From: an uncultured virus (IMG/VR IMGVR_UViG_3300020576_002235)
Lineage: Duplodnaviria > Heunggongvirae > Uroviricota > Caudoviricetes
IMG/VR virus record: IMGVR_UViG_3300020576_002235
Strand: one strand, 5' to 3'
Length of the DNA stretch: 64,000 nt
Made by a program: the position numbers and the translations under genes. The notes below the pieces were generated by a model. It was not told the DNA's origin, made no database searches, and saw only the letters and a list, made by a program, of their open reading frames with translations. Within the stretch, counting starts at the first letter, position 1. Each line of letters starts with the position of its first letter. Below, piece by piece: positions 59,600 through 64,000 of this stretch.

Positions 59600-60262
59600 T
59601 TATAGTGACGTTGTGATTCTTCCGTTTGCTGCATCCTCTCTTAGTTTAGCTGCGCGCTTATCCAGCGCCACTCTGACACGAAGGTCGTCGGTAGGGAAGT
59701 AGTCTAAGAGGTCTGCTTTAGCTAACTGCCACTGCTTGTGAGCTTCTAGAGGAGTGTCATAAGTGCCCAGGCAAACTTCATATCCGTACCTTTTCACTCT
59801 AGCCTTAAATTTAGACTTATCCCTTGGGTGACTCACCCCTAGCGGGAGATCTCCTCGCCCAGCCTTACGGATATTGAGCAAATTGTTAAGCTCCTGCGGT
59901 ACAAACACACAGTTAGTAGCACTGTACACCTGATTGCCGGGAAACAACAAATCCTTGTCCAAAGCTTTTTCTTCGTGGTCTTGAGTTAACATCCACTCCT
60001 CAAAAACAGAGAACCGCAACCACTCAACAGCAACAGTGCAGCCTATGTAAGTAGGGTGTGAGGCTTGATATCTAGCTGAATAACATCGACGCAGCATGTG
60101 GCCCCAAGTGTTGTAGACCCTAGTAGGCTTTCCGTTGGCCCATACCGTGTGATTTGCATCACTGAGTCCAATGCCCCATACCAGCGGGTGATTAATACTT
60201 ACTTCTTCAGTCGAAAGTTGCGCAGCACCGCACGAAGGTGTGCTACAATCGTCGTAGGTCAT
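59600..60262 (-). CDS. HNH-type endonuclease with AP2-like C-terminus (paralog B)
   Basis: Same motif series as 4165-4830; N-terminus MTYDDCSTP versus MTFDNCITP. Confidence 0.85.
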   Translation of the reverse strand: MTYDDCSTPSCGAAQLSTEEVSINHPLVWGIGLSDANHTVWANGKPTRVYNTWGHMLRRCYSARYQASHPTYIGCTVAVEWLRFSVFEEWMLTQDHEEKALDKDLLFPGNQVYSATNCVFVPQELNNLLNIRKAGRGDLPLGVSHPRDKSKFKARVKRYGYEVCLGTYDTPLEAHKQWQLAKADLLDYFPTDDLRVRVALDKRAAKLREDAANGRITTSL

Positions 60263-60358
60263 GATTACTCCAGGAATTACTGACTCAGTGAACGCCGTTC
60301 AAATTCGACCTTGAGCGGCGTTTGCGCTTCAGAATTGAAGCGCTGGACCAATTATACC
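60239..60358. promoter_or_regulatory. HNH leader cassette B
   Basis: TATAAT (-) 60351-60356; GCGCTTC/GAAGCGC 60324-60343; ~12-13-bp stem 60291-60322; antisense TGTGCTACAAT (+) 60239-60249. Confidence 0.7.
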
Positions 60359-60375
60359 GCAAGTAACCGCCCAAT

Positions 60376-60400
60376 AAAAAAGCCGCCCTAGGGCGGCTTT
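60376..60400 (-). terminator. Intrinsic terminator
   Basis: Plus-strand AAAAAAGCCGCCC-TA-GGGCGGCTTT. Confidence 0.85.
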
Positions 60401-60417
60401 CTCAGGAGCGCCGAAGA

Positions 60418-60744
60418 TTATTCGGCAGCGGGGGCATCGGCAGCGGTAGCCGCATCAGCCTCCACCTTGGCAGGGACACGCCAGACACCCACACCGTCGG
60501 TGCCATCTTCATTTTTGAAACTCCGCACGGCAAAGACTGTTTGTTTGTCGTTGGTACGTGCTCTGTACGCGCCTATCGCGCTCTGAAGCTTGCTCTTCGA
60601 CTTTTTGATATCGACAACGTCTTGAATCAAAAAGGCTTCGCCCTCTTGCAATTCGCCCAGGTTGTAGATGGAGTCCTTGGTGGCACCGGTCGAAGAGCGA
60701 GTGAGCTTCGGAAGAGCCATTTGAACTTTGATTAGCACGGTCAT
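60418..60744 (-). CDS. Putative small DNA-binding protein
   Basis: Y.L.EL..GE.F, F.VRS and GV.VWRV motifs; strong RBS and own terminator. Confidence 0.6.
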   Translation of the reverse strand: MTVLIKVQMALPKLTRSSTGATKDSIYNLGELQEGEAFLIQDVVDIKKSKSKLQSAIGAYRARTNDKQTVFAVRSFKNEDGTDGVGVWRVPAKVEADAATAADAPAAE

Positions 60745-61508
60745 GATAAATTTCCTTCAGGGTTGGTTTGGTTAAGGCTGTATTCTACACTAAATTTAAC
60801 TGCCTGCAGCCTTGTCAAGCGATTAAACACATAAATTTTACACTTTCTCTGAAATAATTTGGCTCTCAGAGTAGATCAGCAGCACTTGTTCGAGCCTTTT
60901 CTGCCCAAATAAGCTAGGCACGTTGCGCCAGCCGACAGCATTCTTGCCTGTATGGCTGCGCTCCGTGATCCTGTACCCATCGACAACGGTGCCGAGCGGG
61001 ATGTCTTTGAGCGGGGTGGCGGTATAGTGAAACTTCATAACCCAAGCGTCAACCGCAAGGTTGGCTCTCCTTTTTTGGTGTGCTTGTCGATCAACGCTTG
61101 CTTGATCTTGGCCTCCTTCGCAATGGCAGGCCAGTCAATCATGGTGCGACCGGCCACAGAGGACACCGTGGCGGCCAGCGCCGTGCCCTCATACCTTCCG
61201 ATGCCGCGCTCCTTGATATGCTCGCCCAACTCCGCTTGGAGCGGTTCAAGCTTCTTAAGTTGCCGCGTGATGTCGGCATACTGGTCAACCAGTTCGATGC
61301 AATCACTCATTTTAGTTCTCCTTAGATGAAACTCGCAACTCAATAAAGCCTACAAGCTTGTACACATTAAGCCAACTCGCACCACACGTCAGGCAAGTGA
61401 CAAGGGCTGTGGTTTCCCCCTCATAAGTGCAAGGCACTTCTGTATTGATGTCTGAACTCCCACAATTGGGGCATTCAGTGCCGCCAGCAGCGGCATACTC
61501 TTTTGCAT

Positions 61509-61934
61509 TCATTTCTCTACTACTCCTTCTGTTGTAAAAAGTCCATTCGTGGCTTTCTCCAAGGTCTTGCCGTACCGCATCACCGCCCTAACCCTGTTGT
61601 ACTCCCTAGTAGAGAGCATCCTGAACAGTGTGCCGTGTTCTCCCGTCTCGGTATTGCGCACTACCATCGCACTCTCTTTAGGCGTATTCAGTCTAATCGG
61701 CCCGGTATTAAGCGTAAGCTTAATGTACTGAGTCTCCACTCCACGCTCAAGAACAACAATAGTCTTACACGCTGGGCGCTCTTGCATGCCCTTGGAACGA
61801 GTATGGGTGTTGAGGTTCTTGTAGCTGTCGTAGTCGCTCTTGTTGAGGTACAGAGGGCCTGCCCTCAAATCCTCCAACATTTTTTCACAGTCAACTGTGA
61901 TTGTTGTCTTGGTCGGTACTTTATATGCTTTCAT
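61509..61934 (-). CDS. Basic hypothetical protein
   Basis: AGGAG RBS; coupled to neighbouring genes. Confidence 0.55.
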   Translation of the reverse strand: MKAYKVPTKTTITVDCEKMLEDLRAGPLYLNKSDYDSYKNLNTHTRSKGMQERPACKTIVVLERGVETQYIKLTLNTGPIRLNTPKESAMVVRNTETGEHGTLFRMLSTREYNRVRAVMRYGKTLEKATNGLFTTEGVVEK

Positions 61935-62118
61935 TTAACACTCCTATCGTTGGTGATTCTAACGCATCCGATGATACAACTCTTGTAAGATAACCGCCAT
62001 TTGCGGTGGCGAGTCTCATCCACTAGATTCTGATTGCTGGCCGCAGCCATAATCGTTCTCAAGGTGATTCCAAGGTGCGGTATCATTACGATACCATCCA
62101 CAATTTCTAAGTCTTTAC

Positions 62119-63177
62119 TCAATTCGCGCTCCAGTAAATGTCTTCAAGGACAGCAGTTGCCGTGGCACCACTATCCAACTCAGACAGAAAATACTCTGTG
62201 TCTCTCAACTTAGAGACAGTGATTGAGGAGTGGTATCTACGTTGCAGTAGCTTGTTCAACGGTTCAAACTCTTTATAGGCTGCAGCATCCAGGGCTTCGT
62301 ACAGTGCGTCCAGGTTGTCGTCAGAGGTATCGTCCGGGGCCGTATCAAACGGCCTGTTCCAACTCTTGCTAGGGCTGTCCCAATGCTTGCTAGGGCTGTC
62401 CCAATCAGCGCTGTAGCTCGTCTTGGGCGGCAACTCCCTCGGCCTTGCTACCGTAGGCAAAGCCTCCCAATCAATCAACACAATCTGTGCAGCAAGCCGT
62501 TGCAGATGTGTAATGTTGAGGCGCTCTTTGTAGGAATGCTCATTTTCATACCCGCAGGAAACGTTGGTGCACTCTGTAATGTAGTCCATAAAATTAGCCG
62601 TATCAGTGAAGACACCGCTGCTATCTGGACAGTAAATCATTTCTTCGGTGCACAGTGCTGTAGACAGCGCTGTTGCGAACTCATCACTGCAACACTTGCC
62701 GTACATTTGATCGGTAATGACATCACTGAACCCCTTGCGATCAAAAGCAATAGCCCTGTCAAACTGCTTTAACAGTTCGCTATGCTCATTGGCAAGATAG
62801 CTACTCCCCAAACCGCCACACTCTTCGCCACGGCAGAAAATATAGTAACCCGGCACACCACTGTCAATTAAGTGCAGCAACAGTGCGATGCCTGCTCCGT
62901 CATCCGACCCGAGAGTGGAATTGGGCGCTGAATTCCACCATTCTCCGTTCTTCACTACCGGGTTATACCCCTCGCCCTTTGAAATCGTATCAGTGTGAGC
63001 GACAAACAATGTGGTTGTGTTGCCTGCACGCTTATCCAGATGCAGATTACCTGCACCGTCAATAAGCGTAGGCTTAATTCTGGCAGCAAGCGCTGCAACA
63101 TAAGTCGCTTCACTGACAGAGCCGTGTTTGCGCTTGACCGAAAGCGCTTTTGTAAGGTCTTTCATTAACTTTCGCAT
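62119..63177 (-). CDS. Zn-dependent peptidase, M28/M42-like
   Basis: AHTDT, LGSDDGAG, GEECGGLGS, AFDR and N.S.GY..EH metal-ligand motifs. Confidence 0.85.
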   Translation of the reverse strand: MRKLMKDLTKALSVKRKHGSVSEATYVAALAARIKPTLIDGAGNLHLDKRAGNTTTLFVAHTDTISKGEGYNPVVKNGEWWNSAPNSTLGSDDGAGIALLLHLIDSGVPGYYIFCRGEECGGLGSSYLANEHSELLKQFDRAIAFDRKGFSDVITDQMYGKCCSDEFATALSTALCTEEMIYCPDSSGVFTDTANFMDYITECTNVSCGYENEHSYKERLNITHLQRLAAQIVLIDWEALPTVARPRELPPKTSYSADWDSPSKHWDSPSKSWNRPFDTAPDDTSDDNLDALYEALDAAAYKEFEPLNKLLQRRYHSSITVSKLRDTEYFLSELDSGATATAVLEDIYWSAN

Positions 63178-64000
63178 GATGCCTCCGGTGTTGCAGCTTC
63201 CAACTCAAGCTGCCTTTGATGGACGTTAGCCAACTCTTCAACAGTTGTGGATTCCAAGTCCAACTTAAACTGGTGTTCCTTAGCCAACTCTTCAGCCTGC
63301 TCTTCGGTGTAAAACTCTCCGTCAAGCTCTACCATTGTAACCTCTTTGGAGTGCCACCCACCTTCTGCGTCTTTCCAGCAGTCGTCATAAAGGTGATACT
63401 CTTCCTCTTCGGTAAAGACAACCCTTTCATCCCCTGACAGGTAGAAACATCCTGCGATGTCCACTGTGTCGTCTTCGTGGGCATAATCCCCATCTTCCAA
63501 CTCCACTATATAGTATGGCAAGTTCTCACGGTCATACATAGACCAACCAACTCGAACGACATCGTCGTTAGGCACATACCACATAGAGTTGTCGTCTCCG
63601 TACTTGACAAATGTGTACGCAGGGATGCAATACTCACATATCATGCCATCGTCGTCTCTTTCGAGGTAATAATCATCGTACTCAAAAATATCACTGCCGC
63701 AACGGTCACACGAGCCTATAGACTCATCAGGTGGATTAAATTCCTCGCCTGTACCGTCAGTATTGTCGCACTTATATTGCGCATCACCCTGTTCACATAT
63801 TTCCACATGGTTTGCCAGCACCCTAACGTACTGCTCGTCGCCATCAATATAAGGCAGGAGTGGCCCGCTGTCGTGCATTATCTTCTTAAAGCGGGTTCCA
63901 GGTTCCCAGCCGCACCGCTTACTGATGCCCTGCTGCTTTAACCACTCTTCTAACGCAGTATCCGCATAGGATGTGCCGGTCGGCTCCGGCGCTTGGTAGA
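63165..64000 (-). CDS. Very acidic Zn-ribbon-containing protein, 5' end outside the window
   Basis: The frame stays open from 63878 to the window edge; PYIDG, CDRC and CEYC motifs. Confidence 0.7.
   Translation of the reverse strand, partial: YQAPEPTGTSYADTALEEWLKQQGISKRCGWEPGTRFKKIMHDSGPLLPYIDGDEQYVRVLANHVEICEQGDAQYKCDNTDGTGEEFNPPDESIGSCDRCGSDIFEYDDYYLERDDDGMICEYCIPAYTFVKYGDDNSMWYVPNDDVVRVGWSMYDRENLPYYIVELEDGDYAHEDDTVDIAGCFYLSGDERVVFTEEEEYHLYDDCWKDAEGGWHSKEVTMVELDGEFYTEEQAEELAKEHQFKLDLESTTVEELANVHQRQLELEAATPEASCES

Noticed and set aside
60782..60818. Canonical sigma70 promoter (TTGACA...TAGAAT) for the 60418-60744 gene
   Set aside because: Spacing from TTGACA to the candidate -10 hexamers is 14 or 25 nt, not ~17.
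1..64000. tRNA genes, integrase or att site
   Set aside because: None recognised by eye. A tRNAscan run would be needed to exclude tRNAs, and lysogeny genes could lie outside the window.

Overview
The window is a 64 kb segment of a tailed dsDNA phage with siphovirus-type morphogenesis genes. The GH108 endolysin and a lipobox protein suggest a Gram-negative, probably proteobacterial, host (inference). Bases 1-1.8 kb are mostly non-coding: two related tandem arrays, a perfect 41-bp palindrome and IHF-consensus boxes. Bases 2-34.5 kb (+) carry the late genes: TerS/TerL, portal, S49 protease with nested scaffold, decoration and major capsid proteins, neck/tail genes, a -1 frameshift chaperone pair, a very long 3956-aa tape measure protein, tail tip and lysis genes. 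Bases 34.7-64 kb (-) carry replication and early genes: Rad50/Mre11-like pair, RecU-like resolvase, ThyX, full-length Pol I, two nucleotide pyrophosphohydrolases, DnaQ exonuclease, SNF2 helicase, ATP-dependent ligase, an M28-like peptidase and many small acidic ORFs. I recognised no integrase, tRNA, CRISPR array or reverse transcriptase. The most striking unannotated signal concerns three dispersed paralogous HNH/AP2 endonuclease genes. Each sits in the same regulatory cassette: a sense -10, two hairpins conserved in structure but not sequence, then the start codon, with an antisense extended -10 12-13 nt inside the ORF. This predicts a ~65-70 nt cis-antisense RNA over the ribosome-binding site. 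A fourth, unrelated HNH has a different switch-like leader, and an inverted RHH-RHH-nuclease/Mom-like cassette interrupts the capsid operon. All protein calls come from motif recognition by eye, not database searches.
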